Origin: Dimargaris cristalligena
Taxonomy: Eukaryota
Direction of reading: 5' to 3'
Assembly: GCA_003614675.1 (NCBI GenBank)
Contig: ML002272.1
Coordinates: 1 to 51,785, forward strand
DNA length: 51,785 nt
The notes below the pieces were generated by a model. The model saw only the letters and a program-made list of their open reading frames with translations. It made no database searches and was not told where the DNA came from. The position numbers and the translations under genes were made by a program. Within the stretch, counting starts at the first letter, position 1. Every line of letters starts with the position of its first letter. Below, in pieces: positions 29,846 through 43,413 of the stretch.

Positions 29846-30323
29846 CTCCATGCTCTATTGCATCCCCCCCTTCATATCCTCCATATTTTGCCCTTAATCA
29901 TCGATGGACTACTTTCATGTATTTTGCATCCCCTGTGTCATTACCAATAAATGCCATTATTTGGCTTATTATCTATCCATCAGTCCAAAGAGTCACTCCC
30001 CCCCTAATCCTCTCTAGGCAATATATTGAGCAGTTATATATAATCTGAAGTGAGCCGGTTTGTATCTCGGCATTATATAAGCCTCAATCCTGTAGTGAGA
30101 GTCTCGGTTAATTTAGTTACTGGCTATATTCCCGTTCGATAAATTGTCCCCAGAATGGCCTTGGGATGATTGATCGTTCACTCGAGCAATACAGTGCGCT
30201 CCACACTTGTAGGCCGCCGATCATTACCCGAGACAAGATGAGGAAACCGTGCATTATTTTATTCCACTTTTTAATTAGCTCATCCGAGCCATGTCCACAA
30301 CATTCTTACAAATTATCAATATC

Positions 30324-30343
30324 CATATATATATATATATATA
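30324..30343. repeat. (AT)n microsatellite
   Basis: Read directly. Confidence 0.9.
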
Positions 30344-30420
30344 AAAGTAACTATATTTGTGACCGTTTCAGTATAGTGTGGAAGTAGCCCGCCAAAATAC
30401 ACCCTATAAACAACAAATAA

Positions 30421-32535
30421 TTAGGAATCTCCCCAATTGGCTATTTCACTGAAGGTATTTTGGGACGGGGCGGCTGGCTTGGGAAACGGTTCCGTGGGGG
30501 TTTGGGGTGGACGCCCCTCTCGGCCCAGGTCGGTTGCACTCGCTTGTCGAAGGGGGGTGCTGAAGGGTGGCAATCGATAAATCTCACTATCCCGTCCGGC
30601 GTCCCGCAGTTCATCCTCGAGATTGCGCCCGCTGAGATTCACCGGCCACGGTGCGCTACCTTCCTCCGGTTTATTGGGATTAGGGCCGGTTGGTTGGCGG
30701 GGGTCGCCTTGTGGGGTCGATTCGAGGGAATCCGTCGGAAATGGCAGTTCGCTCACGCGGGATACCACGGGGGACGGGGAATCCCGGCCGTCGCGGGGTA
30801 AGTCGGAGTTTGTGGACGGACAGTCAGTCGGGCTATCCAGAGCATCGTCGTCATGGTGGGTAGGGTCGTCGCACTGGTCATAGCTGTCCCGGAACGATTC
30901 GCAGTCCGTGTGGGGAACCGGTGAGGGGGTCACTCGGTCCAAATCCACCTCGAACATGCTGTCCCGGATCACATAACGGCTGGGACCCCCTTCGCTTACC
31001 GCGGGGCTGTCCTGGCCCCAGGGGGAGGGGGTCACCGCGGCCGTCTGCAGGCGCGTCAGTAGTCGGTTGCTGAGGGCGGCCACGGGCGTGTGGAGGGAGC
31101 GGGGTTCTGGTTCGACGGGGTCTACGTGGTTGGGAGGGGCAGCCGCCGGTTCAGCCGAGGGGAATGGTAGTGAACCCCGGAGCGACCCACCCGAAGAGGT
31201 GCCCATCATCGCCAGGGGCTGTAGCACCGAAAAGATTTCGCGGGAGCTGTCGGTGGTTTCGTAGACCTGGAAGGGGTCCGGGCAGTGGCTCAATAGAGCC
31301 TCGAGCTGGGGGTCAGTCACGGCCTTGTGGGACACCCGGTCACAAATGTCGGTCAGGGCCCGGATGGTCACCGACGCCTGTTGCAGCACGGCGTTGGCCA
31401 TGGTTTGTTCGCTTTGGAGGGAATCGGCGACGTAGTCATGTTTGAGCTGCTCCAGGCGGTCTAACTGGCCGGTCAGTTCTTGCAGTGCCTGGCGGAACTG
31501 GCCCAGCTCCCGGCCCCCGCGCTGGGCCCCGAGTACATATTCGTTTTCCGTATGCTGGATGGTTTCGCTGAGGGCCGCCACTTTCTGGTCATGCTCCTTC
31601 TCTTTTTCCTGCAGGGAGAATAATTGTCATTGTGAGAATAGAGGGGTGCGTTTAGAAGGGGTTTGGCGGGGCTCACTATGATGTAGATGGTTAGATAATA
31701 CCTTGATGCTGCATGGCTTGCCGGGTGCAAGTCACGCGATGGGATTTTAGGTTAGCGGGGCCATTTTAAGCAGAGTCGTCATTGATGGTTCCCCAGGTTA
31801 TAGTGCATTTAGTAGGATGGAGGCAACCCTTCTCCCCCATTCGATGTGGGAGGTTATTGAACTTACAATCGCCGATGTCGAAAAGGTCTCGAGGGACTCG
31901 CGCAGAGGGTCTTCAAACTGGCTGAATATAGTATTGCTTAATAATGCATACTGATTGGCGACTATGTAATGGAGGCCGGAGGTCGACGACAAGCCACTGG
32001 CGGCATCGCCTGCCCCTGGGCTGCGGGCCAGGTTTTCTAGAGCGTGGCCAAACTCATAGGCGGCATGGCCGAGGTTGGAGCACTGGACACGGTAGTTGGC
32101 GGCACTGACCAGGACGGCGTGGTAGCGGGCAATGGCGGTGGAGTAGTCCTTTTTGTCCATGATAATAAAGGGGGCGGGCTGCTGTTGGTTTGGGTGGTGG
32201 GCATGGTGGTGATGGGACTGGACATGCGGGGGTAGCTCGACCGGGGTAGTGCGACAGGATGAGGTAGACGAGCGGAGTCCCGGGTAGCCAAATAGAGTGT
32301 TGTGGGAGGCGGACCGGTCCCGGGCCAAGGCTCCGGACTGGTAATTAGCAGCAGGCCCGCTCGGCGAGGGCCGACCTGGGTCCTTGGTGGAGGTGGCGGA
32401 CCAGGGAGCGAAACGACTCCACAGGGATGGTGTCCGATGGGGCCGAGTTGAACCTGAGGTGGTCGGGCCGAGGTCAAGCAGGTAGGGGGGGTCCCTGGGC
32501 GGGAGCTGGTTAGGCGACATGGGGGGGTTCGACAT
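30421..32535 (-). CDS. IVY1: Ivy1-like I-BAR/IMD domain protein (exons 32535-31867, 31608-30421; ~618 aa)
   Basis: Helical core KKDYSTAIARYHAVLVSAANYR..AAYEFGHALENLAR..SGLHYIVANQYALLSNTIFSQFEDPL, then FRQALQELTGQLDRLEQLKHDY, resembling fungal Ivy1. Phase-0 GTAAGT..CAG intron 31866-31609. Confidence 0.75.
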
Positions 32536-34670
32536 GGCCAAGACGGCAGCGGGGAGAGGCAATGAACTGGAATAGAATAGAATGTACGGGCTGCTATTGG
32601 TAAAGGAAGAAGGGGGAAAGGAGTGAGTGAGTATTGAGCTGAGGAGGAGAAGAAGACACAGTATTATTAGCTAACCAGCCCAAAAAGTAGCGGGCGAACA
32701 CACAAGTGAAGAGAGAGGGGGCTCGGTTGGCTGGAGAGTTTAGAGGGTTACTGACTGGCTGTGGACTTGGCTCCTTCTTATATTAGACTTGTCGGGGGGG
32801 CACTTAACTCGCTCCTAAGGCCATTCAGAAGAGAAAAATATGGACGGACAATCCAGCCCCGCCCGCTCTCCTGGCTGGCCACTGTGGCCCAGAGCAGATC
32901 ATATCGGGACTACACTGCTCGCCGTTTCAGGAGGGGCCACGCTACTTTAAAACCATTTCAACCCTGTTAAACCGGCCGGCCATTTACCAACCCACACGGA
33001 CTGCCCCGCTCCCGCACACTGCTTGATTTGGTGGGCACCGTTCTCGTATTCGATGTCCCTCTTTCATACATCAACGAGCCAGCAACGAGGCCAGCTGCCC
33101 CGACCTCTGCTTTTCATTCGACTCGATTAAGTCCTTCCAAAGTGTTGCATCGGCTTCCTGGTCAACGAGTTACCCCTTATTTCCCAGTAGCACTTCCTGT
33201 TCTATGCAAGTTGATGGCTCAAGCCCTCACTGTCCCTGGGCCTAGTTGCATGCCACTGCACACGTCCTGGGGCCTCTGGAGTTGCCTCTAATCGAGTGCC
33301 AAGTGGTTAACATACCACCGTTCCAGACTGAATATATCCTTAAGTGATGATCTCCTCGTTCATTTATAAGCCGTTGGGGGTATATCAGCCCGAATTTTCC
33401 TAATGCTAGCAATTGTTTAGGCCAATCCCCCGCCTTTTCACATAGTGGCTCTTGTATTGTGATAGCCTCGGGCACTGCGCTTCATACATGTAAATAATTT
33501 ACCCAGTATTTAGATTTACTGACCAACACGCCTTTTTACTCGTTGGCTTAGAAAATTCATCGCTGACAGTGCCCGCAAAGGTTGAATCGGACCTGCAGAA
33601 ATGATGGAGGGTAGAAATACCTGGAGCAGTTGAAATACTATACCCTTGACTATAGTTCTTAAACCTTCCACTGCGGCATTCTGTAGCCACACCATTCCCC
33701 GGACCCACCTTTGGAATACACTATCTAGGTATCATATTATGGCCAGACAATTGCAAGGATACTTGCCGCTCAATAGAGCATCTCGAATCAGAATTATTAT
33801 ACCAATAATTGTGAGTGAGTGGGGCTCGTGTCCTTTAGCAAATAGTCTCAGGGTATGCTAGGCCGTAACATGCAGAATGCTCTGAATATCTAATAGGTAC
33901 ATGTGCTATTTCTATGGGCCGGAGTCGTCCTGTCTCTTTCCGCCCTCCCTACCTTGCGGTTATTTCTCTATACGGACATTTACTGCCTCTTTTCCCATCC
34001 GCTCCGTGGGGTTATCGTTCACTTTAATTGGCTTATCACCTCCATCGACCCCTTCCTCCATTTCAGCAATCAAATATGATATAAAGAAGCGACCGCCGAA
34101 GCGAAAATCGCCAGGCCCGGGCCCCGGCATTCTCCCCTTGACCTGCCGTACCTCCAATTAATATAGCACTTCGTACACCTCGCCGAGCGCCTATCCCTCC
34201 CTCCGTTGTATACCTCCCTGATTGTTTAATCCCAGATACGGAATTCCAAGGCAGTGGAGAAAAGGACTAAGCCACCTCCATAATCAAAGAGGTGGTGGTC
34301 TCTATCTATAAATACCCAATAGTCCCCCGGCCGTAGAACGTGAGGCTGTTTCCACCACAATTCTAGACTCCGCCTCCTTTTAATTGATTCATTTTTGCAT
34401 TGACAGGCCTCATTTCTCATATTTATTACTCCACTTTCCCTCTGCATCACTCCGGTTTAGATTTACACATACCCATTCAATCCTTCGAAACTAATATTAT
34501 ATATATACTTTGTATTAAGCCTGTGATTTTCGGTTTTAGCCGACTACTGTCTTCACCCCCGCTTGCCTCGTCTACGAGTACTAGTGCCTTTCTCACCATA
34601 TAGTCCTTTTTTCTTTATCGGGCGCCATTAGTCGCCCACCACTAGCCCCTTCGTCCTCCATGCTAGCACC

Positions 34671-37600
34671 ATGGTTCTATCGGTTCGACTCCACCCATCG
34701 TATTCGCGTTCTGTATCTGCTCTAGCCTCTTTTCTACTCGCTCTTGTGGGTATACATATCTGCCTTCCCTTTAGTTCCGCCTGGGTGACGTTCACTTCCC
34801 CTGACGGGTCCCGGGATTTCACTACATACCCTTCCTATGATTTTGAGGGCTTTACCGAGCCGTACTACAATGTCGCCAGCGTGCTTCTACCGGTCGTTAT
34901 TCATTCCCAATGTACCTTGGCCACAGTGACATCCCTAAGTTTCGACTTGGCCCACCTAAAGCTGGACACACATATCGTCAACAGCACCGCGCTCGTCGTG
35001 GTCCGCGAGAATATGCTCGAAGCAGGGTGTAATAGCTACGACAAAGTAAGTCACTTCGTTTATTTTGCGGATTCAAGACGAACTCAAGTGGGGGCTGGTC
35101 GCTTATTTTGACCACTAACTGCGGGCATTCTAAGCGAAACGGTCGATCAACTCATTGGTGCTATCCCACGGTCAGGGATAACGGTTGACGATAGTAGAGC
35201 GGCCCATCCCCCTTCTTCGCCCAGACCCCCTGTCTACGCAAGGTCAATGTCGTGGATACTAACGCCTTTATCCGCCTCTCCCTAACTATGAATTTTGCCT
35301 TCGTTGTTCATCACTAGGTATTCACGAGGATCCCCAATATCATAAAGGGCCTCGAGAAAATCGGCTATCCGCCCGTTACTGTGCTGTTACTTGGGGCCGA
35401 ACTCAATAACGACCAATATTTTGGCAACTCCAAGGTGGAAGACTTTTACGATTACGAAAGTGTGAAGCCGGAAGGAGTACACCCTGCCTTGATAGGCCGC
35501 GATATTGCGACGGAGCTATGGAACCGTGTGCGGGATAGTGGCCCCATGGCCATTCAAATCGAGCAAGGTAAGTTCAGAGTATATATTTTTATTTCGGAGG
35601 GGAGGGCTTAGGGTCGGCCGGGTCCAGCAGTTCGGTGTTAAGGGGGAAAATGTCCCAAAATGAAGCTGGGCTTCACAGTGGCCACTGCGCCGTTCCCACT
35701 TGCCAATCTTTCAGGGTTGATGGACCGCAGATGTTCGCACTCTTTTCCGCCGGAAACAATCTACGAATACTGCGATCGTCGATTGATGATGGAGGGGGGG
35801 GGGGAACAATGCGGTGTTTGTCTTTCTACTCATTCGGCATGGTAGTCAGCATAAGCCTCCTCTCTTCCATTATCAACGGCATTTAGCAAGGCTGCCTCTA
35901 AATCCCCCCTCCCCGTTGCTGTAACTATGTCCTTAGTTGAGTTGGTGGGTATTTTCACTTACCCTCTTCCCCCTATTGTGGCCGTTTAAGATGAGTTACA
36001 GCTTCGGGGGTTTTGCCGTCGGTATGGGTTAACTCAGCTAACCAAACTCTTTATTATCCACCCCACACCATTACATTCCGCAGACCCAGGCTATTGGAAT
36101 GTCTACCGAAGCTCGGCTCTCGAAATTGCCCATACTGTCGCCCGCTATGTACTGGTAAGGGTCAATTATGTTACATTTAACGGTGCATCGCCTATACGCA
36201 CTCTCTGGTTTTTGCAAGCAATAGGCTCTTTTCATCCTACTTGTCCGAAAGGTCTATAATTCCGCCCGTGGTTTACCTCTAATCTGTATACCACTGTATT
36301 TGATATGGGCCATCTGGATGATTGAATATGCATACCTCAGTTTGTTCCTTTGATTGGTGCCGGTATCTATTACACTATTATCATAGTCCGGTCCAACCGA
36401 ACTCTCATCGACTCGCGGGTGGGTATTCTCATCAGCGCGGTGATTTTTGCATTCGGTAAGTTTATTAGCTCAGCTGGGGCATTGTCGGATAATCATCACA
36501 CCCCTTCTTCCTCCGGCTGCCCTCTTGTCTTCGACACTCACCAATTATTGGTGGAACTCTCCCGCAAGGGCGGGCGGGGAAGGGCTAGGGACTTGATCCA
36601 CCCCCACTATATTAAAGAGATCAGTAGGGACATGATTGTCCGGTGGGTCTTTGTCCATGTTACCCCTCCCTGTAATATACCCATCGACTCACTCTTTTCT
36701 TTGGAATCATTTATAATCATTATCATACTACGGTGAATCACCACTTGGGTGGACGGGTATTTCACTGGTACCAGGCAGTATTATTGCCCCCATCGGTATA
36801 TCCAAAACACGAGTAGAAGATATTGTACGCTATATTTCTTGGATTGCGCTGTACACGTGTTACTTTTGGATGATCTTGAAATGGTAAGTCAACTCCTCAT
36901 CGATTCGCCTTTTGTAGCGGGGTTGAGCACTCAATTCCTTTCCTGCCGAGCGAACGCTTGTTGCATTTGGCCCATTGGCCGCCCGACTTTTGGACGTAGC
37001 TGACCAGTCCTTGCCTAGAGATTGTATTCCGCGTCCATGTATCTAACCACGCCATTTAATCGTTGTTACTACTTACCTCCCCCCCTATTAGGACCTATAT
37101 TATTCGCAAAATCCAAAATCCGCGCTTCGCAAACGTCTTCTATTACTACACCATGTCCATCTGCGGGTTCACCTATGTGTACTGCCTCCTCAATCTGGTC
37201 TTGGTCTTTTACGATAATATCGTCATTACTCGCATGAAGCGTGTTATGATCAATTACATGTTTCCGCCCTTGTACGGTGTCCAGGGGGTCGCCCTGTTTG
37301 TCTACGGTAAGTCGATTAATATCCGACGATGCCTGTCTCGGCCAGTTTTGCTTCACCTCTGCTTCGGCGCATTGCTGATGGTATCTAAGTGCTTTTATTT
37401 GTGATACTATTCTTTGGCTGTACCCCAATGGTTCCTTTAGGTTATCTGTTTCTCCGCTACGTGTTTAAAGGGTTCATCTTTGAAAGTTTACAAGACGCCT
37501 TGGCAAAGGTAAGGAGGATACATCTGACCACCTTTTGAAATATCATTTCCAATCATATATACCGATGGGCCGAAACCAGTTAACGGAGTCAGCCCGGTTT

Positions 37601-38194
37601 ATTGACCTTGCCTGAAATTTGGCATACCCCACGCTCATATTTCCTTCCTTTCTTTTTGCCCCACTCCCCTACTATGCCACTTGATTCCTGCCTACCTAGC
37701 TGACTCGCCTATGCTATGGAACGTTTATGTCGCTATCCCTGATTTCATTTTGTTCGGCGCTGAACAACGACCAATGGACCAGCACCCCTTGGGTAGTAAT
37801 CGTTCGGGCCGGTACCCAAAACTTTGCTTCATTCTTACTTACTTGTTTGGTGATATGGGCCTTACGTATTCATGACTCGCCGGCCTTGACCCCCCAAGAA
37901 ATGTCCAAAGCGCATGTTACTTGTGCCACCTCCCATACGGATATTGGCACTTCAGGAACTAATCATAGCGGGCACAAGTCCAATTATCTCCCGAGTTCTA
38001 CGGTTCATATCAATATGCCCTCACATTCCCTGGCGTTCCCCCCTCGAATCGTCACCCCCCGCAGTAGTGCCCGCGTGTCGCGAAACCCCATGTTCCGCAA
38101 TAATCACCCGTTTTCAATTCTGATGCGTTCCAACCATTCCCTAGCTGCAGTTGCAGCGTCCATCCCCTCCAACGGTCGTTTGTCACCCCATTGA
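34671..38194 (+). CDS. Signal peptide + extracellular PA-like domain + seven-transmembrane (GPCR-like) protein (exons 34671-35045, 35318-35567, 36084-36154, 36341-36455, 36775-36883, 37092-37306, 37441-37508, 37700-38194; ~565 aa)
   Basis: Seven GTAAG..AG introns give a stop-free 1698-nt frame. Seven hydrophobic segments follow a QDPGYWN linker, then a Ser/His-rich cytosolic tail. Confidence 0.8.
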
Positions 38195-38976
38195 TTATTT
38201 GGGAGGGGGGAGGCTTCAGCCCTGTCTCGCGATCCATTCATTTCAGTACTATCCGATAATTGTAGGAAATGAATACCTAAAATGTAGATACCACTTTTGC
38301 ATCCGATGTATTTGTACTTTTTGCGCCTATTTAATCCAATAATAAAATTGTATGTATTATTTATGACCAAGGGGGAGGGATGTGGTGCGGGGAACTACAT
38401 GCAAACTTGTAGGTTGATTGACTATCGCCCGTATCGTAAAGGAAAATTGTGGATGGGAGAGAGTTGTTTCGGAAGGAACTCCTGGTGGGTTCATTATACC
38501 TGAATATCAGGATAAATCCGATTAGAATAGGCGTATTCCGCATATCCCTGGCCTCATGCAGATTTAGGTATAGGCCTCTCGCGGCTTGTTGGGAAATTAA
38601 TAATACAGAGTAGGTCCAAGAATATATAAAGGGGCAGTAATTACCGTGAGGAGTGGGAGTAGAGGCCAGTTAATTAATGGACCACTGGTGAATGTGTGCT
38701 GGCTAGACATGCCACGGCCACAATTGGCCCACTGTTATGAGGTGCTTTTAACCACCCGTGGATGATGCTACTGACTCATGAGACCCCCACCGATGACCTA
38801 ATCTGACTCCCTTCTAATATTCCTCCTAAATAGTCCCACAGGCCATATACATTGCTTAACTCACTTTTCTACAGTTTCTGACTGTGGCTCTTTGCCAGGT
38901 CGAAGAAAAGAGAAAAGGGTCCTCGGAATATAGCCCTGCGGATAATACGCTTATGTAGCTTATTGCACGGTTTCGG

Positions 38977-38995
38977 TTATATATATATATATATA
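38977..38995. repeat. (TA)n microsatellite / TATA-like tract upstream of the carrier gene
   Basis: Read directly. Confidence 0.85.
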
Positions 38996-39136
38996 CTTAT
39001 CCCGCTCCATTCAACGGCCATCAGTTCCTTCGAGCCACCCTGAATCTCACCCTTATTCACAGCTACCAGTTCCGTGACCAACACCCCCCCCCAATCACTG
39101 CCGCCAGGTTCAAAACTTCAGACAATCTGTATACCC

Positions 39137-41458
39137 ATGTCGTCCGCATATGACTCCGGCTGTTCGAATTCCGAACCGGTGGCTGAGCCCCTCCGGCCCA
39201 AGGTGACTCGAACTCCCTCCACCACCGAACGCCTCCACGGCTTTATTGCCGGGGTGGCCTCCGGTATCACCAAGCTGGCCGTCGGACACCCCTTTGGTAA
39301 GTACTACTGCCACGGCTAGAGTGACTTTGGCTCAATGGCCAACGCAATACCAAGACCGTGCTGAAGCTGTGGTGTCTCGAAAGGGTGGCGAGAATATTAA
39401 ATGCCCGGTGAACTAATATCCCGGACTCGATTCGATTGGATGTGACTCGATTTGTATCACACGTCTTTCTCCTCTTTCCTTTCAACTCTTTAGATACCAT
39501 CAAGGTTCGACTCCAAACCGAAGGTGGTTTCGGTCGATTTAGTGGCCCATTCGACTGTATTAGAAGTACTATTCGGAACGAAGGAGTTGCTGCGTTATAC
39601 AAAGGTGCCACTCCACCGCTGGTGGGCTGGGCGGTGATGGACTCTGTACAGTAAGTTCGTCTCATTGGTCTTGCGATAAAATAGTATCGGCCATGGAATA
39701 AGGGAATGTATTTTAGGATCCCCTCCAATCATCACGCTTCTCGTCAATAGCGGTAACAGACCGTTAATTATGGACGCCTCTCCCCCAGATAACCCCGTGC
39801 CTAATGCCTCTTTAAGTGAACCCATAAACCACTGTACCATATCCTGGGTAGGCTCGGTACTTTATCTAACATTCGACTTTATTTACAAAATGGCGACCGG
39901 AAGCAGAAGCTCAGTGTTTTTCAGCATGGACTGGCTGGTATTGGTAAGTAGTAAATGCCGACTCTCTGCGGATGGCTTACCAAGGGTCATTTCATCTAAA
40001 TCGGGGGCTATTAATGACTATTTGTATTAGTAGCCCATGTGAATCTATAGTAGAATTTTACGACTTGTTTAGGCCTTCGATCCCTCTAACCGGAAATACA
40101 TTTGGTAACTTTGCCACAATGTTGCCATACATTTTTTAGGTGCGGGCTTAACGGTATCCTTTGTTGCTACCCCTGTCGAGCTTATAAAAATGAAGCTCCA
40201 AGTACAGTACGCCGACAAGGCCACTCGTCTCTATACAGGCCCCATCGACTGTATTAAAAAAATTGTAAGTCAGCTTTAACATTGTTGCACTGCATGTTAA
40301 TTATGAAGCATTTTAGGTTATACCCCTCCCTCGCCCATTCAGGGGTTCAGTATCAGTTTAATCATTGTTTGTATTGACTAACTATTTTGCTAATGTATTT
40401 TTATATCCGACTTCCATTAATAGGTACATAAACACAGCATCTTTGGACTCTGGCATGGACTTTTGGGCACCATGGTTTTCCGTAGTTTCTTTTGGTCCAT
40501 GTGGGGTGGTTATGAGGTAAATTTATGTTTTTTTATTATTATTTGATAACATGTATTGGATGTCGGTTTAGATGACCGGGCTTGACTCGGAGGTTGATTA
40601 GGGCTAATTCAGCCAGCTTTTTATCTCTCTAAACTACCCTTCCCATTATCCATTGCAACATAAAAAACGCGCAACAACAGCTTTATTCGATCCAACTACG
40701 AAAATTCGACCTACCAGCCTCTACGATCAACTTCGTGGCCGGCGGCCTAGCTGCTAGTACATTTTGGATCCTAGCTTTTCCAGCCGGTAAGTCCCGTGCA
40801 CGGTCGGTTCATGGTCAAATGCGTAATTTCACTCAAAGGAAACGTCGTATTTATTATCCATTAACTTTAAATGACCGTTTGATTGATTAACCGATTACTG
40901 TGGCCGCTTTTCTGATTCATTAGACGTGGTCAAAAATCGCTATATGAGCCAACCCGACACCCAGCCGCTCAGGTACCCCAATCTCCGAAGCGTCTACAAG
41001 GACATCTATCGAAAAGGTTAGTTCCAGCTGCTATTGGTGACCATCAGCTTGGTTGGCTTATTCTACGGATGGATTAGTAATCAGATTGTATGATACTGTC
41101 AGGCACATTTATTAACTAACTTACACTCTATACCTTATTGTTCGGATATATTTTTCTAGAGGGCGTCCGATCTTTCTTTAGAGGTAATTAAATCTGATTT
41201 AGAAACTTCTATATTAGTCCTATTCCATTTTTGAACAGCGAGCCTCAGCTAACGAATCCATCCCGAAAATGGACACCCAATACTTCCCTACTACTGGATC
41301 TGTCTAATATTTAATTCCAATAATGTTGCGATTAATTCGATGCACCTTGCTTCCATACATCAGGATTCTTACCGGCGTTCATTCGAGCCTTCCCAACGAA
41401 CGCCAGCGCCATTTTGGTTTTCGAGACCGCTATGCGATTAATGCATGAACAGGTGTAA
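39137..41458 (+). CDS. Mitochondrial carrier family (SLC25) protein, carnitine/ornithine/Ymc-like clade (exons 39137-39296, 39494-39650, 39852-39943, 40140-40264, 40424-40516, 40681-40786, 40924-41016, 41160-41183, 41364-41458; ~314 aa)
   Basis: Three signature motifs after splicing: [33 protein letters not shown]. Also [14 protein letters not shown] and [16 protein letters not shown]. Confidence 0.92.
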
Positions 41459-41806
41459 TGCTAAACTATACCCACTCACCCACCCTCATTCCCCAAGAAA
41501 TTGAAATTTATACATAAATAAACGTGTTTTCATTATTCATGACACTCCGAAGGATCCAGTTAACTTCATCAATTTGACAGCCTGCTGGGCTTTTCACTAT
41601 AAGTCACACAGACTAACTACACATTCAGAAATGGGTAATACGAGGGGAGTAGCAATGTGCGAATTTATAGACCTAATTAAATAAAATCTCTACGATGTGA
41701 ACAACCTCCCTGCTTCTCATCGGCCGTGGTGAAGAGAGAGTGCCTGGGATTGGTGAAAGGTATCCCTTAGTAATGGGGTTAATCCAGCGATGGGTGATTT
41801 GGCCCT

Positions 41807-42859
41807 CTAAAATTTGAAGACGTCCGATTCAGTGTAGCCGAGCTCCTTCAGAATGCCACTGACAGTGCCCTGATCGGTAATAGAGGCCTTGGGGCCCGAG
41901 ATGGCCTTCATCATGGGCGGGGGACCGCATACGTAGACCATGGTATCCTTAGCCTCACCCGAGGGTCTGGGCAGGTTAGCCTGAGCCATTTCCTTGGAGA
42001 CGAAGCCGGTGCCTTGAGTCCACCCGGTGGAGGGCTTATCAAGGGTGTAGTACACGTGGAAGCGGCCGGGGTTTAGCTGAGCCAGTTCGTCGAGTTCCTT
42101 GCGGAGCAGGATGTCATCCTCAGTCACGTTGGCGAAGATCAACTTCACCTTGGTCTGGTCCTCGGGGTTGTGGAAGATCTTGCGGATAATCTGGAGCATG
42201 GGGGCAATACCGGTACCACCAGCGACCATACCCAGCTCCTTGTGCATATTGGGGACGTACTTAAACTTGGTGATGGGCCCCTTGATATCCAGGGTGTCAC
42301 CGGGCTTCAGGGAGGCAATGTGCTTAGACATGATGCCTTCGGGGTACTCCTTGACAATCAGATCAAAGTGGCCGGGGGTCTCCTCCAGGCTGGTGGGCGT
42401 GTAGGGGCGAATGACCACCTTGCGCTTGCCCTCGGGGGTAGCGGCAGGTTCCACAAACTTGGTCAGGATGCACGAGGCAACGTCCATACCCAAAACCATG
42501 TCGGGTTCGGGGAGTTCGAAGCGATACAGGCTGGTGTTGTGGCTGATGGGGTGGACCTCCCGCAGCTTGAAGGAATGGAACTTGTCGCCCTCGCCCAATG
42601 CGCGACGGATTTCGGGAACCACCTTGCCCTTGAGCTCCTTGGCTTCCTGGGCCAGAGTGGCGCCATCCTTGGTCAGATATAAGTAGCCGGCTCCGGCAAA
42701 GGCCACGCCGACGGCCGCGGCCAGCAGGGGGGTATTGGACGAAGCGGCGGGTTTGGGGGCACCGGCCTCGGTGGCCAGGCCGCGGCACATGGGGTTCACC
42801 CACCGGGAAGGGCGGAGGGCCTGGGTGCGCAGGGAAGACGTGAAACGGGCGGTCAACAT
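41807..42859 (-). CDS. MCR1: Mitochondrial NADH-cytochrome b5 reductase, 350 aa
   Basis: Arg-rich presequence MLTARFTSSLRTQALRP, TM anchor, RPYTP FAD motif, AGGTGIAPM and VCGPPPM NAD motifs, C-terminal VFKF. ATG at 42859. Confidence 0.93.
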   Translation of the reverse strand: MLTARFTSSLRTQALRPSRWVNPMCRGLATEAGAPKPAASSNTPLLAAAVGVAFAGAGYLYLTKDGATLAQEAKELKGKVVPEIRRALGEGDKFHSFKLREVHPISHNTSLYRFELPEPDMVLGMDVASCILTKFVEPAATPEGKRKVVIRPYTPTSLEETPGHFDLIVKEYPEGIMSKHIASLKPGDTLDIKGPITKFKYVPNMHKELGMVAGGTGIAPMLQIIRKIFHNPEDQTKVKLIFANVTEDDILLRKELDELAQLNPGRFHVYYTLDKPSTGWTQGTGFVSKEMAQANLPRPSGEAKDTMVYVCGPPPMMKAISGPKASITDQGTVSGILKELGYTESDVFKF

Positions 42860-43413
42860 GGTGGGAATAGTAGTAGATTCAGGCTCAGGAGGAGGGGAGC
42901 GGAAGCAGAAGCAGAAAAAATAGTTAAAGCAAGGTGTCAATAAAACCTAAAAGAAGGATTAGCTAAGGAAAGAAGCAACTGAGACTGCTGCTGAAGAAGT
43001 GGGGTTATTATAGGGAAGCTAAGACAGGCTGATTTATACCACAGCACAGCGCGTAAGCCCCAAACCCACATCCCGTCCCGCCACACCGTACGATCAAACT
43101 TTGGTCGCTGGTAGCGTCGTCACTACGGAAGGTGTGATTTAATGCACTGTGCGAGAGAGAGAGTCCGCACTAGATAATGAGCGCGCCTTATTACTGGTGG
43201 AAATTAGTCAGTGGGAGAATTACGTACTAATTTGGAAACCAGACGGGTCTTCGTCCCCGATCCCGCTCGACCGAAAGTCTCGAGTTCCGCCAATTCCACC
43301 TATAGTAGGTTTCGGACCGTCTAGCTCCCCTCCCGTCTTTTTAAATTTTATTTATTATTATTATTGCAAATGCTCCCCCAGCCAACCTTTTCTGTACCTC
43401 ATCCCGCGACCTA

